Of a stretch of DNA of 64,000 nucleotides, positions 56,282 to 64,000 are shown piece after piece. The notes under the pieces are model-generated. The model worked only from the letters and a program-made list of their open reading frames with translations, made no database searches and was not told where the DNA came from. Source of the stretch: a virus (Duplodnaviria; Caudoviricetes); the IMG/VR virus record IMGVR_UViG_3300024259_001623, one strand, 5' to 3'. How positions within the stretch are numbered: position 1 is the stretch's first letter; every line of letters begins with the position of its first letter. Both the position numbers and the translations under genes were made by a program.

Positions 56282-58372
56282 CTATTTTCCTTCAATTCTC
56301 TCTAATATCTTTTTACATCTCTTAGAAGGATCTTTAGTTAAAAAAGCTGCCTTTTTCCCAAAGTAGTAAGGAACAACAAAATCGAATTGTTCTTTTGTTA
56401 TATCAATAATTTCTTTGTTATATTCTGCCCACCAATGTGAAACACCATCTTCCAAAGTATATCTCTTTATTTTTATATCATATTTCTCTTTCAATATATG
56501 ATATAAAGATTCAGTAGCTATATAACAAGCACCATGAATAGGAGTATCACCTTGATATTCTTTCTTTATTAAATCAAAACTTAATACTTTCTTTATCTGA
56601 TCACAAATATCTATAATTTCTTTTTTTTCACAAAAATTAATCTTTGTTAAATTATAAACCCATTTCTTTTTTCCACAATCCCATATAACATACATTCTTC
56701 TCGAATTATTCCAATCTACGATAGTCATCCCCTCCGGCCTGTTTTTATTAGTCTGTCTTTGAGATTGCTTATTACAATACTTCTGTTTTTTATGATCATA
56801 ATAAAAATAACTTGGTGGATATTCTTTCTCTAAAGAAAAATCTAAAACACTATAAATATTCCCCTCAGAAAAAATATTGTCAGACCAACTAATAATATTA
56901 TCATAACCAGATTTTATAGACCACTCCCTGAAATATTTAAATAATTTACTAGAGCCACCTTGAACCGTTACACCATCCTTAAAAACCAACCTGGTCAAAA
57001 TACAAGCCTTCTTATCTCCACCACGCTCATGATGCTTGCCTGCCGTCATAACCCCTACAGTATCTCCATTATATACTAAATTAAAATATTTAATTGTTCC
57101 TCTTGGAGTTCCCTGTATATGATATTTCTCAATAAAATCATCAGAGTTACTATGAGATATTATACATTTACGAGCAGCAATCTTTTTCTTATTTAAACCA
57201 AAAACAGATTTTAAATATGTCTTAACCTGGTTCTCTCTTTGTAAATAAGTATGTTCAAAAACATGAACCAATCTATAACCCTTTTCATTACATAATCTAG
57301 TCTTTTCTATGTGCGTTTTCTTAGCTTTTTCACGAGAGAGGTTAGCCTCAGAATGCCAAAAACTACCATTAAATTCTACAGCAACTTTTTTATCCTTATC
57401 TACTATATCTAATTCTAGCGGAGTAATTATAGAACGATCATTAAACGAGACATTAGATCCTTCCTCTTTTAACCAGTCGTACAATTCTTTCTGTTTTTGT
57501 TGTGTAGGAAAAGTATATGTAGAATAATATCTATCCCTAAATTCATCCTTTAATAAAGCGGCAGTTGCACTTTGATAATTTAAATCAAAGTCTTCACAAA
57601 CTTTTTTTAAAGAATTTTTCAACAATTTATCCCAAAAATCTTGTCCTCTTAAAGTATTAACTAAATCATAATGACCTGCCTCATTTATGCCTATAGTGAT
57701 ATTAAAATTATGTTGAGTTTTATTTTTTATATCTTTATTTTGTTGAGGATTTTTACAACCATATTTTTGCATATTAGTATTTTCTATTTTTTTTCGAATC
57801 TCTTTATTTTTGAGAGGATTATCTACTCCATATCTCTCTACATTTGTCTGTTTCATTTTTTCTTTTATATCTTCACTTTTTAAAGGATGATCTACACCAT
57901 ATTTTTTAATATTAGTTTTTTTAATTTTATCTTTAATCTCTTCTGACTGAAAAGGATTTTCAACACCGTACCTTTTCAAATTTGTTTTTTTAATTTTATC
58001 CTTATTTTCTTTAGATAATCTAACATTAGAAATTTTCTTAGCTATTTCTTTATTTTGACTTGCATATTCAGATCCGTACTTCTCTTTAATCTTTTTTTTA
58101 GCTTTTTTTCTAATTTCAGGATCAGAAAATGGAGAACATTGTTTCTTCATTTCTTTTATTTTACACTCTTTATGACAAGCTGATCCTGATTTTATAAAAA
58201 ACCCTTTCCTAACTTTATGCTGTTTTCCACAAAATCTACAAATAGCAATAACAAATTTACTTGATGAATTACCTAAAGTGTCAGGATCATATCCAAACTC
58301 TTTTATAGTTTCTTCTTTTAAAATCTTTGATTTAAAATTAAATATCTTACGTTCTTTCATTTTTATCCTCAT
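56282..58372 (-). CDS. Hef-like homing endonuclease: KYGV(D/E)NP repeats, PD-(D/E)xK nuclease, GNAT-like domain and an extra C-terminal domain
   Basis: KTNLKRYGVENP-type repeats; LELDIVDKDKKVAVEFNGSFWH; AARKC...YHIQG...GGSSKLF...IISWSD...GNIY; start may be 58360. Confidence 0.75.
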   Translation of the reverse strand: MRIKMKERKIFNFKSKILKEETIKEFGYDPDTLGNSSSKFVIAICRFCGKQHKVRKGFFIKSGSACHKECKIKEMKKQCSPFSDPEIRKKAKKKIKEKYGSEYASQNKEIAKKISNVRLSKENKDKIKKTNLKRYGVENPFQSEEIKDKIKKTNIKKYGVDHPLKSEDIKEKMKQTNVERYGVDNPLKNKEIRKKIENTNMQKYGCKNPQQNKDIKNKTQHNFNITIGINEAGHYDLVNTLRGQDFWDKLLKNSLKKVCEDFDLNYQSATAALLKDEFRDRYYSTYTFPTQQKQKELYDWLKEEGSNVSFNDRSIITPLELDIVDKDKKVAVEFNGSFWHSEANLSREKAKKTHIEKTRLCNEKGYRLVHVFEHTYLQRENQVKTYLKSVFGLNKKKIAARKCIISHSNSDDFIEKYHIQGTPRGTIKYFNLVYNGDTVGVMTAGKHHERGGDKKACILTRLVFKDGVTVQGGSSKLFKYFREWSIKSGYDNIISWSDNIFSEGNIYSVLDFSLEKEYPPSYFYYDHKKQKYCNKQSQRQTNKNRPEGMTIVDWNNSRRMYVIWDCGKKKWVYNLTKINFCEKKEIIDICDQIKKVLSFDLIKKEYQGDTPIHGACYIATESLYHILKEKYDIKIKRYTLEDGVSHWWAEYNKEIIDITKEQFDFVVPYYFGKKAAFLTKDPSKRCKKILERIEGK

Positions 58373-58451
58373 AATCCATATATAATATCAACAATTATGT
58401 TCACTATTATATACGAAGAACTCGGGATAGTCCCTTCTATAATATAAGTAC

Positions 58452-58488
58452 AAAAAAAAGAGAGAGCCATAGGCTCTCTCTCTTTTTT
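58452..58488 (-). terminator. Intrinsic terminator after the major capsid gene
   Basis: GAGAGAGCC-TAT-GGCTCTCTC followed by a T-run. Confidence 0.85.
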
Positions 58489-58506
58489 AAAAAACTAATT
58501 ACTAAC

Positions 58507-59379
58507 TTAGGAAGTTGCAGAACTAACGTTGATTCTAGAAACGGCGTAATCGTTGATAACAACGATTCCGACCTCTTCGTAGATAACCCAGCCAAGACGC
58601 AATTTCTTAGGATCATCAGCAGGAAGAACGGTAATATCCTGTCTAATTGGGAACGCGCCAACGGTGTCAGGACTCGCAACAACAAGAACGACGGTGTTAG
58701 GCATTCTCGAAGAAACGTGAATGTCGGCGGTATACAAGTGACCGTAAAGACCAGTTGTAATAATTTCTCTCTGAGTTGCCTCATCATAGAAAGTTTTGCC
58801 GAAGTTTCTTACGCTTGCAAACTGGGTTGCATGCATAACGATCTTAGTAGCGACAAGATCATGCTCTTCGATGAAACGGAAAGCGGTATTCAACGATGCA
58901 ACCGAAAGGGTTCCAAAGTTGTCAACAACATTACCGGAAGTAGTAGCAGCAGCCAACAGTGCGTTGAAAATGTTGGTGTCCTCTTCCTTCTGGATAGCTT
59001 CCTTGGCCTTGATTTGGGCGCGGTCTACGATGTAGAATCTACGAGCCTTAATCTCGGACAATCTTACGGTAGGATGGGCAGCGATTTCGAACGTAGGAAC
59101 CAAAATCTCTTCACCTTCCTGAATCTGATCTGGAACTGCGCCTCTACGAGAGATAACGTGAGCAATGCTCGCAACATCTCTTTCGTAACGTGCCAAAGCA
59201 CCTTGAGGAAGTTCGTCAACCATTAAAAGCTTACGACCTACAGCTTGATATTCCAACGAACGTCTAATTGGTTCTACCATAGCCTGTGCCAACGCTACTC
59301 TACCCTCATCAGTCTCAAGGGCCTGGGCGATGACCTCTTCTTTCTGTCTATCAGACAAACTATTTTTTGCAAAAGCCAT
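58507..59379 (-). CDS. Major capsid protein (HK97 fold)
   Basis: 290 aa; EPIRRSLEYQAVGRKLLMVDELP; PTFEIAAHPTV; AIQKEEDTNIFNAL; GWVIYEEVGIVVIN; AAGGAG RBS and own terminator. Confidence 0.9.
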   Translation of the reverse strand: MAFAKNSLSDRQKEEVIAQALETDEGRVALAQAMVEPIRRSLEYQAVGRKLLMVDELPQGALARYERDVASIAHVISRRGAVPDQIQEGEEILVPTFEIAAHPTVRLSEIKARRFYIVDRAQIKAKEAIQKEEDTNIFNALLAAATTSGNVVDNFGTLSVASLNTAFRFIEEHDLVATKIVMHATQFASVRNFGKTFYDEATQREIITTGLYGHLYTADIHVSSRMPNTVVLVVASPDTVGAFPIRQDITVLPADDPKKLRLGWVIYEEVGIVVINDYAVSRINVSSATS

Positions 59380-59459
59380 TTTAAACTCCTTTTATTTACT
59401 ATTTTCAGGTATTCGATTGATTACAAATCCTAAAACGATAGTTTATTAAATTTTTTAAA

Positions 59460-60005
59460 TTAGATCAATAGAATGAATTCTACGAATTCACCTAAAGTAG
59501 TAGAACCATCAACAGTGATACCGGGAACGCCAGAAGGATAGTCAGCAACCGCAGCCGCTACTCTACCGATCAACTGGTCAGTACCTGGAGTACCATTGGT
59601 AGTCAACAAAGCATTGGCCGAACTATAAAGTGCAGCACCTGGATTCGCTGTAGAAACAAGATCTTCAAACTGATCGGTTGCGAAACGTCCGCCGCCATTA
59701 TAAACAGTCATCTTACCAGAAGCCAAAGTCTCGTTGAAGAAGTCAGATACTCTATTAGAGGTCTGTCTTGTAGCACCAGCAGAGTTAACGATCAAAGATG
59801 CAGAGTAAGGCGTACCAGCAGTATCATTACTCTGAGTGTCACCTGCGATGCCGATAGCATCGTTATTGTTACTGGCGTCAGGTCTTGCGTATCCAGCAGT
59901 TGTCAATCTGACAATCTGGCCTTCAATAAGATCTGGAGTACCAGCCCAATCAGGATCAACAGGATACATATCCGCAACAACATGTTGAATTTCGATTAAA
60001 GCCAT
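59460..60005 (-). CDS. Capsid decoration/cement protein
   Basis: 181 aa directly upstream of the MCP; GQIVRL...AIGIAGD...GKMTVY...GAALYSSANALLT...IGRV. Confidence 0.65.
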   Translation of the reverse strand: MALIEIQHVVADMYPVDPDWAGTPDLIEGQIVRLTTAGYARPDASNNNDAIGIAGDTQSNDTAGTPYSASLIVNSAGATRQTSNRVSDFFNETLASGKMTVYNGGGRFATDQFEDLVSTANPGAALYSSANALLTTNGTPGTDQLIGRVAAAVADYPSGVPGITVDGSTTLGEFVEFILLI

Positions 60006-60033
60006 TTTATAAATCTCCTAATTTTTCAATTCA

Positions 60034-63000
60034 TTATATACGATTATAAACTTTTTTATAATCTGAGTCTATGTCGTGAGCAGCTTGATTCTGTTGGTCG
60101 AGACTGAATAAACTTTTCAACTGAGTTGCAAGTTCTCCAGAAGCAGTCCTTTGATTGCTTTTTTCTCCAATAACAACGGGATTACTCTCTAGCCCGCCAG
60201 CTTCTCCGTCGAGTCCTTTTTTAGAAAAGATGCCTTTTTCAAAATCTGCAAGTTGCTCCATTTGGTATCTTGCCAACTCAGCGATTTTCTCTGCCAAGCC
60301 TTCTGGTTTGATACGGTTATCTTGCAACATACGACCGGCAATTCTTGTAGCTTCAGCATAAACTTTTCTATTATCGGACTCCGCTGTAGTAGAAGCGATG
60401 CCTATATCTTTATTTTCTTTTTCAGATTCCTGTCCTTCGCCCTTTGGTAACGTATCGCCACCGGCTGGGAAAGAAGGATGATCTTTAGGGGAATCTGGTT
60501 TACTCTTAAAAGTCTCTTTCTCTTTACCAATAAATCCGCCGTCACTCTTAACATCCTTATCCTTTACTTCATCAGCATCGAACTTATCTTCGTCGCCCAT
60601 AGTCTTATTGTCTTGTATGGGTTGGATATCAGGATCTTTAGAATCAGGTTCTTTAGGAGCTAACTTTTTCTCATTAGCAGACTTCAAAATGTTATCAGCT
60701 AATGCAGAAATTCTTTCTCTAGTAGATGCAGCCTTAGAAGTACCGGCTCCTTGTTCGCCGCCAGTATTTCTTACATCTCCGCCCTCTAACTCTTCTTCGC
60801 CCATTGGAGAACTTCCTGCTGGAACTTTAACCTCTTCAGTATCAATCTTTGTCTCTTCCGAGATAAGAGCTTGATCACCAGTATGAGGAACAGAAGGCTT
60901 TCCTTCTGTCAAAGCATTCTCATTATCCATTGGAGTTCCGTCTTTATATTTTCCGATATCAGGAGAATCTTGAGCATTCTGCTGCTGCAAAGATTTCTCT
61001 CCAGCTTCGGCTTTCTTATTTACAACAGATAAGACGTTAGACAAGTCTAATCCGATATGTCCAGTTCTACCGATATAACCATGTTTCATGGTGTTGGCCT
61101 CTTTCTCAATATTTTCTTGATTGTTTGCCATTGTCATTTCAGAATCTTCCATATCCATTTCTTCTTCGTCGCCCTCTTTTTCTACCATCTCGTCTGTCTC
61201 TTCAGGATTCATAACTCCTGCGTTATCATTCATATACTCATCTTCTTCTGGGACTCCTTCTTTATTTCCCATTTTTTCTTCAATTACTTCTTCTACTATG
61301 TCTTCAACCCTATCCATAATCTCTTCAACTATTTCTGCTTCAGGACTTTCTACAACATCTTCTACATCTTCTACGTCTTCTACAACATCCTCTACGTCTT
61401 CTTCAATACCTTCTACGCCTTCTCCAATATCTTCTACAACATCTACTACTTCTTCTTCGCCTTCCATATATTGCATATCAGAAGATTCTTCTCCTTCCAT
61501 ATCTTTAACTTCTTCAGTTCCTAAATTCTCTCCCAAAGCCTTATCAACAACTTCATCTACTACTTCTGAAGCATCTTCAGGAGTATCGATGTCTACTTCG
61601 ACTTCGGTAACTTCTTCTGGAACTTCTTCTACGACTTCGCCTTCACCTTGAGCCTCATCAATAGCTTGCTCAAGTTGCTCTAAAACTTCCGAAGGTAATT
61701 CAATAGTTATAGTAGCATCTGTATCTTCGCCAAAAGGCTCGATATCTACAATGCTGATGCCGTCAGGACCGCCAGGACCGTCTGGTCCTTCTGGACCGTC
61801 ATCTTCGACATCCAACTCGTCAACAATGACATCATCCAACTGTGCATATTTTGTTTTCAATGCATCGCAGATGACGCATGACTGTTTGTATTCAAATCCC
61901 AATCTGATATAATCTTCGATACATTCGCTAGCAGCTTCTTTCTCTACCCAAATTCCAGCGACCTTAACGGCCAAATTGCTAGAGTAAACGCCAGCATTCT
62001 TCAAAGACTTGCAAACGCAATCTGCCAAAGCTTTCCCTTCGCAAGGACCGCTTAAAGCAACTGCATTTTCGCCATATCTATTAGCCAACTTTTGCATGCA
62101 ACTTTCAACTGGGAACTGACTACCATCAACAGAAGCAAACTTAGTCTTATATTCATCAACTACGGATGTCTTTGTGCTTGCAGTCTTAATCTTATCTATA
62201 AGTCCCTTTCCGCTCATAGCCAAGATAACGTTACCCTTTTCTTTCATATCTAATGTATCAAAGCCCTTTTCGTCCAAACCAACTGTAGTTAAGGCTTTAA
62301 TGAATCTTGCTTTACTTCTTGAGCAAGAATCGCATTCCATATCAGTATTAGTTTTCCAACTCCATTGAGCGTATATATTCTTAGGATTCTTTGTACTAGC
62401 AGCATACTTAACTTCATACGCAATTCCAGAATCCATACACATAAACTTATTTGTATCTAATTGCATAACGTTTGTAGAACCAGTTACAGGGCTGACTTCG
62501 CCTAACTTAACTCCAGCTTCAGAAGCGATCTTCAAAGCTTCAGGAGTCAATTTTGTAGTCATAGCGAACTTACCAACTTTCATAACGGATGCTACTTTTT
62601 CCATTTTACTATCAGACTTGGCTGCTGCTGCCATCTCGCCCTCGCCTTCTGGAAGTGCAAAGCCTTCGCCTTCCAATTCTGCTCCAGCGGCTTCAGTCTC
62701 ATCTTCGCCAGCGAACTCGTCCTGGTCAATACCATCGTCCTTGTCGCCAGAAACGCCTTGCCATTTAGTTACTTTAATATCGATTTCATAAGAAAACTCC
62801 GATCCGCAGTTATTGCATTTTCCTTGTCCTTTGATGATATCAACATCTTCGCTTGTGCAAACTGGGCAAGTGGAGCCAGGAGGCTTAGGCTGTAAATCTT
62901 CGCCATCATCTCCCATTCCTTCTGCCATATCAGTCTCTTCAAATGTCTCTAATGGAGCTTCGCCCATATTTCCAGGAGCGGCTGGCATTGTAGCCCCAGC

Positions 63001-63999
63001 ACCGGCTCCTGCTCCCCCATCAGCGCCGCCAGCGGCTTCGCCGCCCATTCCTGGACCGCCTTGACCACCGAACATTTGAGCAGTCTTTACTAAATCATCT
63101 CTAGAAGCCATTCTCATATCTTTTTCATCATCATCAAGTTCGAATGGATCATAGAGCAATTCTTCGTGCTTTTTACCCTTTTCTATCTCTGCCAACTCTT
63201 CTGGGGTAGGCTCAATATATTCCATTTCCTCAGTCGCAGGCGGATCAAGCTTCTCTTTTCCAAAACTCTTTGGGTCATACAAAGCTGTCTGTGCAACTTT
63301 AACAGCAGCTTTTTCTTTTGCAGTCAAAGTCTTAACGTCCTTGACTGTAGCAACTACAAAACCTTTTTCCTCATCAATATCAATACTTAACAATGCAGTT
63401 TCGATCCCTGCATCATCAATTTCCTTATCAGCAAGTTTCTTTAAGGCTGCGATAAATTTTGCTTGATCTTCTTTACTAGCAGAAATTTCTTTCAAATCGG
63501 CATAAACTTGATAAACGCCGTCTTCTGGTCTATCCAACTCAGTAATAGCATTTTCGTATTCCGCAGTCTTATCCAAAACATCAACTGTATTCTTAGAAGC
63601 CATTTTTTCTTTTGCCATATTCTCGGCAATCTTCATACCCTTCTTGCTTCCAGCGATAACCTTAATAGCTTCTAAAACATCATCAGCCTTGTATCCTTGA
63701 ATATGAGCAGAAGCACATACAAGTAAGGAATCGACAGCAGATGGAGTTCTAACGCCGGAAGAAGCGATCTTAGAGAAGTAATCATACTTTTCTCTTTCAG
63801 ACTGTCTCTCGCCAGCCTTATGAGGAAGTGCATTGATCAATGTGACATAAGCAGCCTTATCTAAGGTCTTTACATTTTGATTAATGTAACTAGAAGCCTT
63901 TAAAACATCAACAGGAGTCTTACCGTAGTAAGCAATAGTATCAGCGATGGTTGCCATAGCAGACTTTACGATATCCTTAGATTCGCTAGAAGCCCATCT
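60034..63999 (-). CDS. Very large acidic scaffold/prohead-core-like protein, 5' end outside the window
   Basis: Frame stays open upstream of the track start (RWASSESKDIVKSA-MATI) to the edge; D/E-rich stretches, CPVC...CNNC zinc ribbon, many K-x-A motifs; precedes decoration and MCP genes. Confidence 0.7.
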   Translation of the reverse strand, partial: RWASSESKDIVKSAMATIADTIAYYGKTPVDVLKASSYINQNVKTLDKAAYVTLINALPHKAGERQSEREKYDYFSKIASSGVRTPSAVDSLLVCASAHIQGYKADDVLEAIKVIAGSKKGMKIAENMAKEKMASKNTVDVLDKTAEYENAITELDRPEDGVYQVYADLKEISASKEDQAKFIAALKKLADKEIDDAGIETALLSIDIDEEKGFVVATVKDVKTLTAKEKAAVKVAQTALYDPKSFGKEKLDPPATEEMEYIEPTPEELAEIEKGKKHEELLYDPFELDDDEKDMRMASRDDLVKTAQMFGGQGGPGMGGEAAGGADGGAGAGAGATMPAAPGNMGEAPLETFEETDMAEGMGDDGEDLQPKPPGSTCPVCTSEDVDIIKGQGKCNNCGSEFSYEIDIKVTKWQGVSGDKDDGIDQDEFAGEDETEAAGAELEGEGFALPEGEGEMAAAAKSDSKMEKVASVMKVGKFAMTTKLTPEALKIASEAGVKLGEVSPVTGSTNVMQLDTNKFMCMDSGIAYEVKYAASTKNPKNIYAQWSWKTNTDMECDSCSRSKARFIKALTTVGLDEKGFDTLDMKEKGNVILAMSGKGLIDKIKTASTKTSVVDEYKTKFASVDGSQFPVESCMQKLANRYGENAVALSGPCEGKALADCVCKSLKNAGVYSSNLAVKVAGIWVEKEAASECIEDYIRLGFEYKQSCVICDALKTKYAQLDDVIVDELDVEDDGPEGPDGPGGPDGISIVDIEPFGEDTDATITIELPSEVLEQLEQAIDEAQGEGEVVEEVPEEVTEVEVDIDTPEDASEVVDEVVDKALGENLGTEEVKDMEGEESSDMQYMEGEEEVVDVVEDIGEGVEGIEEDVEDVVEDVEDVEDVVESPEAEIVEEIMDRVEDIVEEVIEEKMGNKEGVPEEDEYMNDNAGVMNPEETDEMVEKEGDEEEMDMEDSEMTMANNQENIEKEANTMKHGYIGRTGHIGLDLSNVLSVVNKKAEAGEKSLQQQNAQDSPDIGKYKDGTPMDNENALTEGKPSVPHTGDQALISEETKIDTEEVKVPAGSSPMGEEELEGGDVRNTGGEQGAGTSKAASTRERISALADNILKSANEKKLAPKEPDSKDPDIQPIQDNKTMGDEDKFDADEVKDKDVKSDGGFIGKEKETFKSKPDSPKDHPSFPAGGDTLPKGEGQESEKENKDIGIASTTAESDNRKVYAEATRIAGRMLQDNRIKPEGLAEKIAELARYQMEQLADFEKGIFSKKGLDGEAGGLESNPVVIGEKSNQRTASGELATQLKSLFSLDQQNQAAHDIDSDYKKVYNRI

Positions 64000-64000
64000 C

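Noticed and set aside
58437-58787. Alternative-frame minus ORF overlapping the MCP 3' end
   Set aside because: No RBS or protein-like features, and it runs through the terminator.
416-63675. Most plus-strand ORFs in the track (e.g. 10540..11202, 11287..11889, 58717..59226, 61121..61651)
   Set aside because: They lie antisense to long coherent genes and reflect codon bias (shadow ORFs); no RBS or domain support. Only 29088..30125 and 53112..54236 are accepted.
1-64000. tRNA genes, reverse transcriptase/DGR and stop-codon recoding
   Set aside because: No cloverleaf or RT motifs were seen in the short intergenic gaps or ORFs; long genes are intact under code 11 with TAA, TAG and TGA all used as stops.

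Overview
This AT-rich window (roughly one-third GC by eye) is the virion-morphogenesis region of a very large tailed bacteriophage (Caudoviricetes) using the standard genetic code, with Shine-Dalgarno AGGAG/GGAG sites. Almost all real genes are on the minus strand, so it reads right to left. The head module is a >1320-aa acidic scaffold-like protein (runs off the right edge), a capsid decoration protein and an HK97-fold major capsid protein. An accessory stretch follows: free-standing homing endonucleases, a solo TnpB with its omegaRNA end, a sigma factor, an ATP-grasp protein, a beta-helix fibre, a PEP-CTERM/dockerin-like protein, glycosyltransferases, a dead subtilase, a heptose-7-phosphate kinase, a lipoprotein serine protease and PhoH with a class 3 intein. 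Then come two tandem paralogous giant proteins, an actin-like ATPase, neck proteins, tail tube, tail chaperones with a -1 frameshift, a 1538-aa tape measure and tail-tip proteins including a poly-serine protein (runs off the left edge). No sheath, portal, terminase, tRNA or CRISPR array is visible. The PEP-CTERM/dockerin-like gene hints at a Planctomycetota-like host (inference). Main leads: (1) an N-terminal MNWYK tag on four unrelated proteins, plus K-x-A motifs enriched in the scaffold, suggesting a T4-CTS-like capsid targeting and maturation code; (2) a ~55-aa module shared by four proteins, including a glycosyltransferase and a fibre; (3) pseudo-enzymes and a possible virion glycosylation system; (4) a GIY-YIG insertion flanked by a truncated and a rebuilt copy of its host gene; (5) nucleases fused to DNA-modification domains. 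All domain calls are by eye, with no database searches.
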